DNA of 64,000 nt. It comes from Gemmatimonadales bacterium. GTDB lineage: Bacteria > Gemmatimonadota > Gemmatimonadetes > Gemmatimonadales > GWC2-71-9. How positions within the stretch are numbered: position 1 is the stretch's first letter; the number at the start of each line of letters is the position of its first letter. Shown here in pieces: positions 18,037-26,546 of the stretch. The stretch is from NCBI GenBank assembly GCA_965249575.1, contig OZ252244.1:527127-591126 (forward strand). The letters run 5' to 3'. The notes under the pieces are model-generated. The model was not told the origin of the DNA and did no database searches. It saw only the letters and a list, made by a program, of their open reading frames with translations. Made by a program: the position numbers and the translations under genes.

Positions 18037-18417
18037 TTAGATCGGGACGAGCTCCGTAGTCGTAGCCTTGGACTTCGCACGACCGAGATCCCGCGCGTAC
18101 TTGAGGGACCCCGGAGTGTTGTATTTCTGCAGGTACGCGCGGTCAACGGCGTCCTTCAGGCGCTCGCTCCTCGTGTGCACGGCGCGGACGGGGATATCGC
18201 GACCGCCGATGTGAATCGTGCCGCGTGGCTCCTCGAGGAATGTTCGATACCAGCTCCGCGGCTTTATGCTCCACGATCGCACGAAGACGCGGCCCTCCAC
18301 GACCACGGCCCAAATACCGATGAAACGGTGGGGCTTCGTGCCAGCTCGGACGCCGAGGATCTTGCTGCCGTTGATGGCGCCGAGGACGGTTTTGGTGAAA
18401 CGGCGCTTCGCTTTCAC
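18037..18417 (-). CDS. DUF2255 family protein
   Basis: 126 aa. ..ILGVRAGTKPHRFIGIWAVVVEGRVFVRSWSIKPRSWYRTFLEEPRGTIHIGGRDIPVRAV.. Confidence 0.6.
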   Translation of the reverse strand: MKAKRRFTKTVLGAINGSKILGVRAGTKPHRFIGIWAVVVEGRVFVRSWSIKPRSWYRTFLEEPRGTIHIGGRDIPVRAVHTRSERLKDAVDRAYLQKYNTPGSLKYARDLGRAKSKATTTELVPI

Positions 18418-18452
18418 GCGTCCTTCCTAGCGGCGGTTGCTCGCAGCAACTC

Positions 18453-18908
18453 TCACAATCCAAACTGCCGCAGGTGATGGTCCGTGTGAATGTAAGCCCA
18501 CCGCAGCCACTCGCGGTGGCTCAACGGCCCAAACGCCGCATGCTCGGCAGGCAGCGTCCCTGGGGAACTGGCCGCGAGTGCCGACAACGCCTCGATCGCA
18601 CGATTGCGGTCGCGGTCGAAGGCCTCGACTGGTAGGACCTTCCCAGCGGGATCCCCTCCCGACTGGAGGCCGTGGGGCCACTTGAGCGGGGCGTAGAGCG
18701 CAATCCACTTGATGATTCGGGAGGGTGAGTGCGGCGACGGAGGTAACGGCCGTCCCGTCAGAACTACCTCCGCAGCTCCCGCCACGTGAACCAGCATCTG
18801 ATGCGGGGTCATGCTCCCCCACACCCGGGAGTGCGTGCTCGAGAGGCGTTCCAGCCGTGCTTTCAGTACGGCGAGTACCCCGGGATCCGCGAGCGTCTTC
18901 AGGATCAA
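18453..18908 (-). CDS. DinB-superfamily / DUF1569-like protein
   Basis: 151 aa. ..WGSMTPHQMLVHVAGAAE.. and the C-terminal HAAFGPLSHREWLRWAYIHTDHHLRQFGL. Confidence 0.6.
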   Translation of the reverse strand: MILKTLADPGVLAVLKARLERLSSTHSRVWGSMTPHQMLVHVAGAAEVVLTGRPLPPSPHSPSRIIKWIALYAPLKWPHGLQSGGDPAGKVLPVEAFDRDRNRAIEALSALAASSPGTLPAEHAAFGPLSHREWLRWAYIHTDHHLRQFGL

Positions 18909-18979
18909 CCTGTTACGAGATCAGGTAACAGAGATCATCCGCGGCGAGCGGCGACTGGCATTGCGATCAGCACAAGCGC

Positions 18980-19672
18980 TCACGAAGCGGGAGCACTCGG
19001 CTGCTCGTCCTCCTCGGGCGCGCCACCTGAGGCAGCGATTTTGAACGCGGTGACCACTGCCAGCCCAAAGAACAGGATATCGAGGGGCCCGAAGCTGCCG
19101 AGGAACCCTTCTTCGGCAGCCGTGGCTCGAAGCTCCGGCATCGCGGCCGCGACGTTCGCACGCATCTCCTGTTCTCTGTCATTTCGGAACTGCGTTTTGC
19201 CGTCGTCACTGAGCGTGCTCCAGCGGGTCAGCGCCTCGGTCCAGACGTCAGGAGGGTACTCTGCCCGGGTGGAAGCCTGTTCGGGATCGACGCCCGCTGG
19301 CCAGTCCACGGCTTTCCCCTCCAGCTCGAACTCCTCCGCGACCGCGTCGGCGACATACGAGACGACGAACTCCTCGTTATCCAGCTGCTCCGCATACGCC
19401 TCTACTATGGTGTCCGCGTCGGGCATCGCTATCTGTACCGCCCAGTATTTCCCGGCGAGGATGGACATCACCGAAATCCCCACGGCCAGGACTCCCGTCG
19501 CCGTACCGCCTGGCCCCCGATTTCCCAGTGTCACGCCGAAGCCGACGAGGCCTCCGATCGCCCACGCGATCCATCCGATCTCGAGTTGGAAGGCGTAGGC
19601 CACACCTGCCCAGATCAACGCCCCCAGCACACCACCACCGACGCCTCCGAGCGCAGCACCCATGCTGTACAT
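18980..19672 (-). CDS. Hypothetical membrane protein (N- and C-terminal TM segments, acidic central region)
   Basis: 230 aa. AGGAGG lies upstream of the ATG. Gly-rich TM helices GVLGALIWAGVAYAF.., LDILFFGLAVVTAFKIAA. No family recognised. Confidence 0.6.
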   Translation of the reverse strand: MYSMGAALGGVGGGVLGALIWAGVAYAFQLEIGWIAWAIGGLVGFGVTLGNRGPGGTATGVLAVGISVMSILAGKYWAVQIAMPDADTIVEAYAEQLDNEEFVVSYVADAVAEEFELEGKAVDWPAGVDPEQASTRAEYPPDVWTEALTRWSTLSDDGKTQFRNDREQEMRANVAAAMPELRATAAEEGFLGSFGPLDILFFGLAVVTAFKIAASGGAPEEDEQPSAPAS

Positions 19673-20070
19673 GTGGTCCTCCTGGCAGGTCGGCTACGCA
19701 GCCGTGAGATGATCGAGGAGATCAGATACAGCGCCACCGTTGTGGCGACCGACTACGATACGCCGGGACGTACCAGTCGGCCAGGGCTTCCTCACGGTCT
19801 GCTCAACGTCGTGGCTACGTAATCCGCCTCCCCCAGACGGGTTGGAGAATCCAAACGAGTGTCGCCAGCACCGCACCGCGGCGTCGCGGTGGCGAGGCCC
19901 TGGCACGCCCTAAACGAGCACGTCTTGAAGGAGGCTGGTGTTAACGCGCCGATCAGAGACCTCGCATCGCACCGCAGGGGCTGGGACTCACAAACAGCGG
20001 AAGCACTCGGCACCGGTCTCACCGGACAGGGGCCGTCCCAAGAAACCGGTAGTGTGCCGCGCGCTCCCAC

Positions 20071-20112
20071 CACTCACCACTCACCACTCACTACTCACTA
20101 CTCACTACTCAC
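20071..20112 (-). repeat. Six tandem heptamers, (GTGAGTA)3(GTGAGTG)3 on the minus strand, directly 3' of the stop at 20116
   Basis: The plus strand reads cactcac x3 then tactcac x3 without gaps. Confidence 0.9.
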
Positions 20113-20115
20113 CAG

Positions 20116-20508
20116 CTACCGCCTGAGCTTCCTGCCGTTGAATGCCCCCTGACCCGGAGCCCCGTCGTACGTCCCGACGAACTCGTCTCCCGTGAAGACC
20201 ATCTCCAGTGCCACGTTACCCCGCTCGGTCATCGCATGCACGAGCATTTTCGCTCCGTCCATCTCGATGGAGGTGATGCGTGCCGGGCCATCTCCATTCG
20301 GCGTGACGGTGCCGGCGTAGCCACTATCGGACGCCGTGATCTTCATCCGGCCCTCGATGATGCCGTTCTCAGTGGTGGCCTCGAAGTCGTAGAGACCGGC
20401 TGGGTCGAAGGCCGGCGCGGCCCTCTAGGAGACTTGCTGCGCGACCGCGGTACGGAAGGGCATCGCCCCCAACGCCAGCGCGAATAGCGAGAGTATGGCC
20501 GCCCGCAT
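20116..20508 (-). pseudogene. Small secreted protein gene interrupted by an in-frame TAG
   Basis: AAGGAGGTAGGC-ATG at 20508. MRAAILSLFALALGAMPFRTAVAQQVS, then TAG (20425-20427), then the same frame continues RAAPAFDPAGLYDFEATTENGIIEGRMKITASDSGYAGTV..GAFNGRKLRR* (the track lists only 20116-20346). Confidence 0.6.
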
Positions 20509-20545
20509 GCCTACCTCCTTTGAGGACAAGAGTCGACGTCGTGCC

Positions 20546-20571
20546 GTCCGTTAGCAGCGTGGCTAACGGAC
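20546..20571 (-). terminator. Perfect 10-bp GC-rich hairpin between the amidohydrolase stop and the next gene start (candidate terminator or attenuator)
   Basis: GTCCGTTAGC-agcgtg-GCTAACGGAC. No U-tract. Confidence 0.3.
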
Positions 20572-20725
20572 ACTCCTACGCATGACGATGTCGATCGGTT
20601 TCAAACGGCGGGAGCCAGCGAACTCGAGAGTGGCCGCCCGACCCTACCTCGGCACACGTATCAACTGCGGAGCTACGCCCTCGAGGTGGTGCGATCGGGT
20701 TGCGATTTGAAATGTCTGGCGTAGT

Positions 20726-22159
20726 CTAAAAGGACCTCCCCAGTCTCTCCTCGAGCTTGAACAACCGTACCGCATTCTCGCGGAAGACCTTGAGGGCGAC
20801 ATCGCGGGCGGTTTCCGCACTCATCGCTCCACGCTCTACCCTCGCGGCCAGGACGCGTGCCACGACCTCCTTGCCGGACTCGAGCGATCCGACGGCTTCC
20901 TCGATAGTCGAACAGTCACCGCCCCAGAAAACCTTGTTGTATGGCACCATATCGAGGATTTCTTCCAGCGCCTCGACTGCCGCCTCCTTGGAGATCTGCG
21001 GTAGCCACACCAGATCGATGGACACGTTCGGAAACGCTTTCGTGAGCGAGATCGCATGACTCGTCCACGGATACCCTCCGTGAAAGATTATGAAGTCCAC
21101 CTCCGGATACTGCAGGAAGATGTTGTTCAGGTCGGCGGGCCGACTGTTCTCCAACACGTTTCCGTTGCCCGACAGGTAACCCGTGTGAATCTGGATCGGC
21201 AGGTCGACCTCGGCCGCTCTGCGGATGATCCAATGGAACAAGAAATCCTGTACGGCCTTTTCTTCGCGCTCGCTGAGCACGGAACTGGCGCCCTTATCGA
21301 ACAGCGCGCTCGCGACCCTGAACGGCACGTCCTCGTAACGGAGTGAACGCATGTACGCAAACGAGTTCTTGATGCCCACCGCCTTTTTCTCAAGCGCCCG
21401 GTCGAACATGACACCGACATAGTCCACGTAGTCCCGAAGGTTCCGGATCGACCGTCCCTCCTCTTCGGCCTTCTCGTAGACGTTGGTCTGAAACAACAGG
21501 TCCTCAACCCAGGTCCTTGGGACCGGGTTGTCCTGTTGGGTCAGCCGGTATCGGTTACCGGACGCCCAGACGAGGTGATCGATGTCGAAGATGCGTGCGG
21601 CGTATCGCTCATCGAGGATGACGTCCAAGGGCTCCCAGTAGGGATCGACGAGCCACACGTCGATGTTCGACCGCTCGAATGCCGTCGCATACCACTGCTC
21701 GAAGTTCTCGTAGTTCTCCTGGATCTGCGCGGAAAGCCGCGCAACGCCTTGTTTGGTGAAGGAGGGCTCGTCGTAGCCGTACAGCTTTGGGAATCCGTTC
21801 AGGAACTGCGCGTAGTAACTGGTGTTCTTCGATAGCTCGAGATAGGGACCGTAGGCTTCCCAGTTATCGTCGAGGCTTTTCTCCCGCGCGGTCGCAAAGT
21901 TAAGGGGGGGCGACCCAGCGCTCACGAGGTCCGAACGGAGATAGCTCGTTGCCAGGAGCGTGTAGAAATTCACGCCGAGCTCGGGGTCCTGGCGATTTCG
22001 CTGGTGTTCGTGCGTGTCGACGACCTGGATCGTTTCGATGAACTCCTCGAGATCCTCCAGCACACCGCTTCCCATCGGCCTGCAGGAGTTGAGCGTGAGC
22101 GCTATAAGCGGAAGAAGATGGGAGTGGCTCCTCGTCAGAACGCGCCGGATAGGCTTCAT
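20726..22159 (-). CDS. Amidohydrolase-family (TIM-barrel metal hydrolase) protein with lipoprotein-like signal
   Basis: 477 aa. LLPLIALTLNSC; IQVVDTHEHQ; ..LPIQIHTGYLSGNG..VDFIIFHGGYPW... Confidence 0.7.
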   Translation of the reverse strand: MKPIRRVLTRSHSHLLPLIALTLNSCRPMGSGVLEDLEEFIETIQVVDTHEHQRNRQDPELGVNFYTLLATSYLRSDLVSAGSPPLNFATAREKSLDDNWEAYGPYLELSKNTSYYAQFLNGFPKLYGYDEPSFTKQGVARLSAQIQENYENFEQWYATAFERSNIDVWLVDPYWEPLDVILDERYAARIFDIDHLVWASGNRYRLTQQDNPVPRTWVEDLLFQTNVYEKAEEEGRSIRNLRDYVDYVGVMFDRALEKKAVGIKNSFAYMRSLRYEDVPFRVASALFDKGASSVLSEREEKAVQDFLFHWIIRRAAEVDLPIQIHTGYLSGNGNVLENSRPADLNNIFLQYPEVDFIIFHGGYPWTSHAISLTKAFPNVSIDLVWLPQISKEAAVEALEEILDMVPYNKVFWGGDCSTIEEAVGSLESGKEVVARVLAARVERGAMSAETARDVALKVFRENAVRLFKLEERLGRSF

Positions 22160-22174
22160 CGATGTCGCCTCGAT

Positions 22175-22918
22175 CTAGGGTGTTTGCGGCCGCCAGCCAA
22201 TGAATATTTCACATTCTCCGGGTTCGAGGCCCGAGTGCTCCGCCGGCACTGAGACCGGCTGAAAACCGGCCTCGGAAAGGGCACGACACCATTCGTCCCT
22301 GGAGAACAGACCCTCGACGTGCCGGTCGTGCTCGACGCGGATCGAGCCGTCACCCAGGCGGAGGAGAAAGGCATAGTCCACGAGATAGGTGGTGTCCGTC
22401 GGGTCCGGATCCCACGTCCACTCCAGGTACCGCAACGCTTTGCCCCCTCCATCGTGCCCGCCGTGGTCGGTCGACGGCCGGAAAGTCTCCCGCACGTGAT
22501 CCGGTGCAAAGAGCGCGGCACCGCCGGGGCGGCAGTGGATGAAGGCGGTCTCCACCGCCTGTCGCAGATCTGCGGCCGTGGTCATGTACACAACGGCATC
22601 GTGCACGAACACGCAGTCGAATTGGCGGTCGAGCCTCACGGTCCGCATGTCGCCTGCGACATGCTCGCAGTCGGGATTGAGTGATCGGCTCACGGCGAGC
22701 ATCCCGGGCGCCCGATCGACCAAGGTCATATTGAAGTGCGCTTTGAGGTGCGAAGCGTTGTTCCCCCCGCCGCTCCCGAGCTCGAGCATCGTGCGAGGAT
22801 TATCGTCACAGGCCTCGATCAGGGCGGTTCGGTAGAACCCGGCTTCCTCAGCGTATTCTTGCGGAGACGACAGGAGCGGCCACCAGGACGCCAGCTCGCT
22901 ATAGAACTTAGGAGACAC
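22175..22918 (-). CDS. Class I SAM-dependent methyltransferase
   Basis: 247 aa. Motif I MLELGSGGGNNASHL, ..FDCVFVHDAVVYM.., ..HCRPGGAALF... Confidence 0.8.
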   Translation of the reverse strand: MSPKFYSELASWWPLLSSPQEYAEEAGFYRTALIEACDDNPRTMLELGSGGGNNASHLKAHFNMTLVDRAPGMLAVSRSLNPDCEHVAGDMRTVRLDRQFDCVFVHDAVVYMTTAADLRQAVETAFIHCRPGGAALFAPDHVRETFRPSTDHGGHDGGGKALRYLEWTWDPDPTDTTYLVDYAFLLRLGDGSIRVEHDRHVEGLFSRDEWCRALSEAGFQPVSVPAEHSGLEPGECEIFIGWRPQTP

Positions 22919-23014
22919 CGACAGCCCATCCCTCCGGACTGGAAAGAACCCGGCAGGAGTGCCGCCTTGGCGTTAGCGACGTCAGGTCCCGGCAGGCTCC
23001 CCGGCCCGGGCGGT

Positions 23015-23236
23015 CTAGCGCTGCCAGGTATCTACCAGCTGCCGCAGCATGAGCGCGATCTCGAACATCAGCAGCGTGGCGGCCCAGTCCAGCACCTGTC
23101 GCGGAAAGATACTCAGCAGCGGCAGGCTCCAACCCACCAGGTTGAGCACTTTCTCCAGAAGGGCCAGCCCAAAGAGAAAGAACGCAGTACCCAAGAATAT
23201 CGGTGCCGTGTAGGCAGGTTGCCTCAGTGTACTCAT
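23015..23236 (-). CDS. Small two-TM membrane protein, hypothetical
   Basis: 73 aa. APIFLGTAFFLFGLALL and LDWAATLLMFEIALML. Confidence 0.45.
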   Translation of the reverse strand: MSTLRQPAYTAPIFLGTAFFLFGLALLEKVLNLVGWSLPLLSIFPRQVLDWAATLLMFEIALMLRQLVDTWQR

Positions 23237-23299
23237 CGTCGCTCCGATTGAAGGGCAAATGGCGAGCTGCGGGTCGATCGGGTTTCGCTCACGCGAGCA

Positions 23300-24886
23300 C
23301 TACCGGTCTCGAAACTCCGACCCCTCTGCCCACGTCGGGCGCTCGGGGCTATTGGCCACGTCGAGCAGGACACGAACCAGCACTCGAGCCTGTTGCGCGG
23401 CCCCGACCGCGGAGTTCCACGGGAGCACTTCGTCGGCCGGCTGATGGTATCGCGAATCGTAGTACTCCCGATAGCGCTCGTCCCACGGGAAGTCGCCAGG
23501 ATCCGTCAGCGCCTTCCCGCGCCGCAGGAAGAGTGACGGTACACCTGCCCGGGCGAACGAAAGGTGATCCGACCGGAAGAAGAATCGCCCGCGTACTTCG
23601 GAAGGATGGACCGTAACGGTCAGCCCTTCATCGGCGACCGCCCGCCGGAAGTTGTCACCCAGGGTCGACTGATCGTCTCCTAGTACTGCGATGTCCCGGG
23701 TCTCGCCCCAGATGTTCGCTCCGTCGATGTTGAGCATCGCGACGATGCGACTTGGATCCGGCTCCCGGGCCACGTACACCTGCGATCCGAGCAATCCCCG
23801 TTCTTCCGCGCCGAAGGCGAGGAAACAGATGGACCGTTCGGGGCGAACCCCTGCGGTCGCGATGGCCTCCGCCACGGCGAGCAGCGTGGCGGTTCCCGAA
23901 GCGTTGTCCAACGCGCCATTATGAATCGAATCGCCAGCTACTGCCGGTCCGATTCCCAGGTGATCGTAGTGTCCTCCAAGGACAACTACCTCCTGATCGT
24001 CGCGGTCGCGGCCGGGGAGACAGGCGGCCACGTTCATCGCCTCGATGCGCTGTGCTACGCGCCCCATGACCCGCAGCTCGACCTCACCCAAGGAGACCGG
24101 CTGGAACTCGGCCGACTCCGCGTCAGCCATCAACTGGTAAAGCGAGGTGCCGGCGCCACTCGCTAGATCGGCCAGTCGCTCGGGATTGAGCCACCCCGTG
24201 ACGCGAAGCGGGTCGCCCACATCCGGCGCCAGCCAAACGAGGTCCTGGTAATCGAGGACCGTCTCTTCCCAGCTCGCCGGTGCTCGAACTGGATGGCTGA
24301 CCAGGAGGAGCCCGGCGGCACCGCGGCGCCGAGCTTCGTCGCGCTTGTATACAGCCTCTCCGTACGACGTCCCCAACGTGCCACTCGAATCGACCGCGAG
24401 GGGACCGCCCGCGAATGCAACCACCAGTCGTCCGGTCACGTCCGATTCGCCGTAGTCGTCCCGACCGTAGTGAGACGCGGTCACGCCGTAGCCGGCGAAG
24501 ATCGCCTCGACGCGCAGGTCGACCGCAGGCTCACCGGCGGGAGAGAGTGCCACGAAGTCACTGCCCGTCCGTAACGTCTCTCCGGACCACCCCGCAACCA
24601 CCGTCGGCCGATAGCCAAGGAGGGGAAAGCGCTGGTAGAAGGTACCGGCGTCGCCGGCGGGCTCCAGCCCCAGGCGCCGGAACTGCGTGGCGATGTACAG
24701 TGCCGACGGTCGCTCGCCACGGGTTCCGGGAGCACGCCCCTCGAGCTCGTCGTGAGCGAGGAGGCGCAGGTGGGCTTCGAGGCTCGCTTCCGACACCGAT
24801 GCCGCGACCTCACCGGCCGATGGCTGCCCCCCACACGCCGTCGCTGACGCGATCGAGACGAGGAGCGCGAAACGCAATTGCGACAT
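23300..24886 (-). CDS. Secreted M28-family aminopeptidase with PA-like insert
   Basis: 528 aa. Signal/lipobox LLVSIASATAC; ..VVVLGGHYDHLGIG..IHNGALDNASGTATLLAVAEA..FLAFGAEERGLLGSQVYV..SDHLSFARAGVP.. Confidence 0.85.
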   Translation of the reverse strand: MSQLRFALLVSIASATACGGQPSAGEVAASVSEASLEAHLRLLAHDELEGRAPGTRGERPSALYIATQFRRLGLEPAGDAGTFYQRFPLLGYRPTVVAGWSGETLRTGSDFVALSPAGEPAVDLRVEAIFAGYGVTASHYGRDDYGESDVTGRLVVAFAGGPLAVDSSGTLGTSYGEAVYKRDEARRRGAAGLLLVSHPVRAPASWEETVLDYQDLVWLAPDVGDPLRVTGWLNPERLADLASGAGTSLYQLMADAESAEFQPVSLGEVELRVMGRVAQRIEAMNVAACLPGRDRDDQEVVVLGGHYDHLGIGPAVAGDSIHNGALDNASGTATLLAVAEAIATAGVRPERSICFLAFGAEERGLLGSQVYVAREPDPSRIVAMLNIDGANIWGETRDIAVLGDDQSTLGDNFRRAVADEGLTVTVHPSEVRGRFFFRSDHLSFARAGVPSLFLRRGKALTDPGDFPWDERYREYYDSRYHQPADEVLPWNSAVGAAQQARVLVRVLLDVANSPERPTWAEGSEFRDR

Positions 24887-24904
24887 GTGCAGTGTTCCTC
24901 CTGA

Positions 24905-26320
24905 TCAGCTCACTTTGTTCGGCGTTGGTGCGCCCTCCGGTCCGTTGTCCCAGTCCTGCGCGCTCGAGACGTTGGGCACGCCCCACTGGTGACCGTTCCA
25001 CCCCTCGAAGCCGTCTAATCGAAAAGCCCAGAAGCCCGAGTCGAGATCGGTCATCACAATCAACCCGTCGGCATTACGCACGTCGATCCCCCAGCCGCCC
25101 TCGTACACGCTGTTACCTCGACCGTGAGCATAGGTCTCCTGCCAACCAGCAACGCCGATGCCGTGCCGATAGGGTGCCGGCCGGGTGGAATAGAACCCAA
25201 TCGAATAGGGATTCGAGGGATCCATCCAGTTGAGGACGTGGAACCCGTCGGTCTGTCCGGCAATGAATACGTAGGGCCAGCGCACCTCGGAGTAGTGTGG
25301 CGTGCCTTCGGGACTCGCGTTCCAGGCCCCGATGGGACGTGAGACGGCTCGTACTTCTCCGTCGTATGCGGGCTTCAAGTCGACGATCCGGATGGGTGCG
25401 TACCAATCCTCGAGATGCGACATGACGATGGCGTACCGGCCGTCTGGCGTCGGCGTGAACGTGTGATGCCCTGACATGCCGGCGATGTTCGTGGCCGACA
25501 CCAGGAGCTCCGGGTGCTCGGGATCGGTGATGTCAAAGACGTGGGCGCCGCCCGATCCCGCGCCGTAGAATTTGTCCTGCCTCGTGGCGGGATCGTAACC
25601 CACATAAAAGTCGTGCCATGCTGGCCGGGTCGTGTACGTGACCTCATTGAGGTTGGGAATCACGACCTTCCCGACCACGATCTCCGGATGACCCGCCACG
25701 ATCCGGTCGACGTCGTAGATGTAAGCCTCTGGCGAGACCGTCTGAGTCACGACGAGCGCCGCTCCGCTCGAATGCTTGTACGCGAACGTCTCGTGGAAAC
25801 CGCCCGGGTGCTCGGGGACACGGATCCGGGCGACCTCCCTGATGGTCGAGGTGTCCGGGAGCCCCGTGACGTCCCAGACGATCGCGCCGAGATCCGTGTT
25901 GGGACCACCCTGCCGGAATTGGAACCCGTTGAAGAAGTAATACCGGCCGTTGGTCTTTACGTACGCTGGCGCCAGCGAGCCCGGCCCACGGTGCAGCGCG
26001 GCGTCCTCGATGCGCCACGAGTAGATGAGCTTGGGGTTGGACGGATCCTTGATGCTCAGGATGTCGAACCCGATGGTGGGATCCGTGGCTCCGACGTGAT
26101 TAGACCGATCGATGTACACGTACGGTCGCGACAGCTCCTGTTCCAGCTCGATATCCGAAACGTTGTACGGACCAGAGGCATCGTGCGGCGGGAGGTGCGA
26201 CATTAGGCGAACGTTGGCGCTTCGCGCTTCGCCCGGTAGCGGGTTTGGACGGTACTCCTGAGGCCCCGCCGCCGTCGCGACGACCAGCAGTGTTGCAGCG
26301 AGAAATGGAAAGCTCGGCAT
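24905..26320 (-). CDS. Secreted beta-propeller protein, LVIVD-repeat-like, paralog A (most divergent)
   Basis: The likely start is ATG at 26320 (MPSFPFLAATLLVVATAAGPQ); the track start at 26356 is longer. Alignable end to end with 28990-30393, 30562-31914 and 37649-39013: PGGFHETFAYKHSSG, WHDFYVGYDPATRQDKFYG, GHHTFTPTPDGRYA, SEVRWPYVFIAG, DVRNADGLIVMTD, FEGWNGHQWGVPNVSSAQDWDNGPEGAP. Confidence 0.8.
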   Translation of the reverse strand: MPSFPFLAATLLVVATAAGPQEYRPNPLPGEARSANVRLMSHLPPHDASGPYNVSDIELEQELSRPYVYIDRSNHVGATDPTIGFDILSIKDPSNPKLIYSWRIEDAALHRGPGSLAPAYVKTNGRYYFFNGFQFRQGGPNTDLGAIVWDVTGLPDTSTIREVARIRVPEHPGGFHETFAYKHSSGAALVVTQTVSPEAYIYDVDRIVAGHPEIVVGKVVIPNLNEVTYTTRPAWHDFYVGYDPATRQDKFYGAGSGGAHVFDITDPEHPELLVSATNIAGMSGHHTFTPTPDGRYAIVMSHLEDWYAPIRIVDLKPAYDGEVRAVSRPIGAWNASPEGTPHYSEVRWPYVFIAGQTDGFHVLNWMDPSNPYSIGFYSTRPAPYRHGIGVAGWQETYAHGRGNSVYEGGWGIDVRNADGLIVMTDLDSGFWAFRLDGFEGWNGHQWGVPNVSSAQDWDNGPEGAPTPNKVS

Positions 26321-26546
26321 GTCTTCGCCCTCGACGATGGGGATGATGCTTAACATGCGGGCCGCTGCGCGGGATCGCCAACCCCCTCTGGCCTTCCGCC
26401 CCGGATCCGAGATACGGACTGCGACCGCGAGATTTGCGATCTCACCCCGGAGCGTTCATAATGAATGGAATTTCACACCTGACGGCACGCTCGTCTCGGG
26501 CGTCCACTCCTGGATGGCCGCGGGCCGAACGGACAGTGATGGCGGC

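Noticed and set aside
20071-20112. Could the short tandem repeats (also at 40448-40489) be a CRISPR array?
   Set aside because: The units are 7 nt long with no spacers, and no cas genes are present. They are microsatellite-like heptads, not CRISPR.
20425-20427. In-frame TAG read as pyrrolysine or programmed recoding
   Set aside because: No pyl genes or any recoding signal are visible in the window. A nonsense mutation or base error is the simpler explanation, so it is reported only as an interrupted gene.
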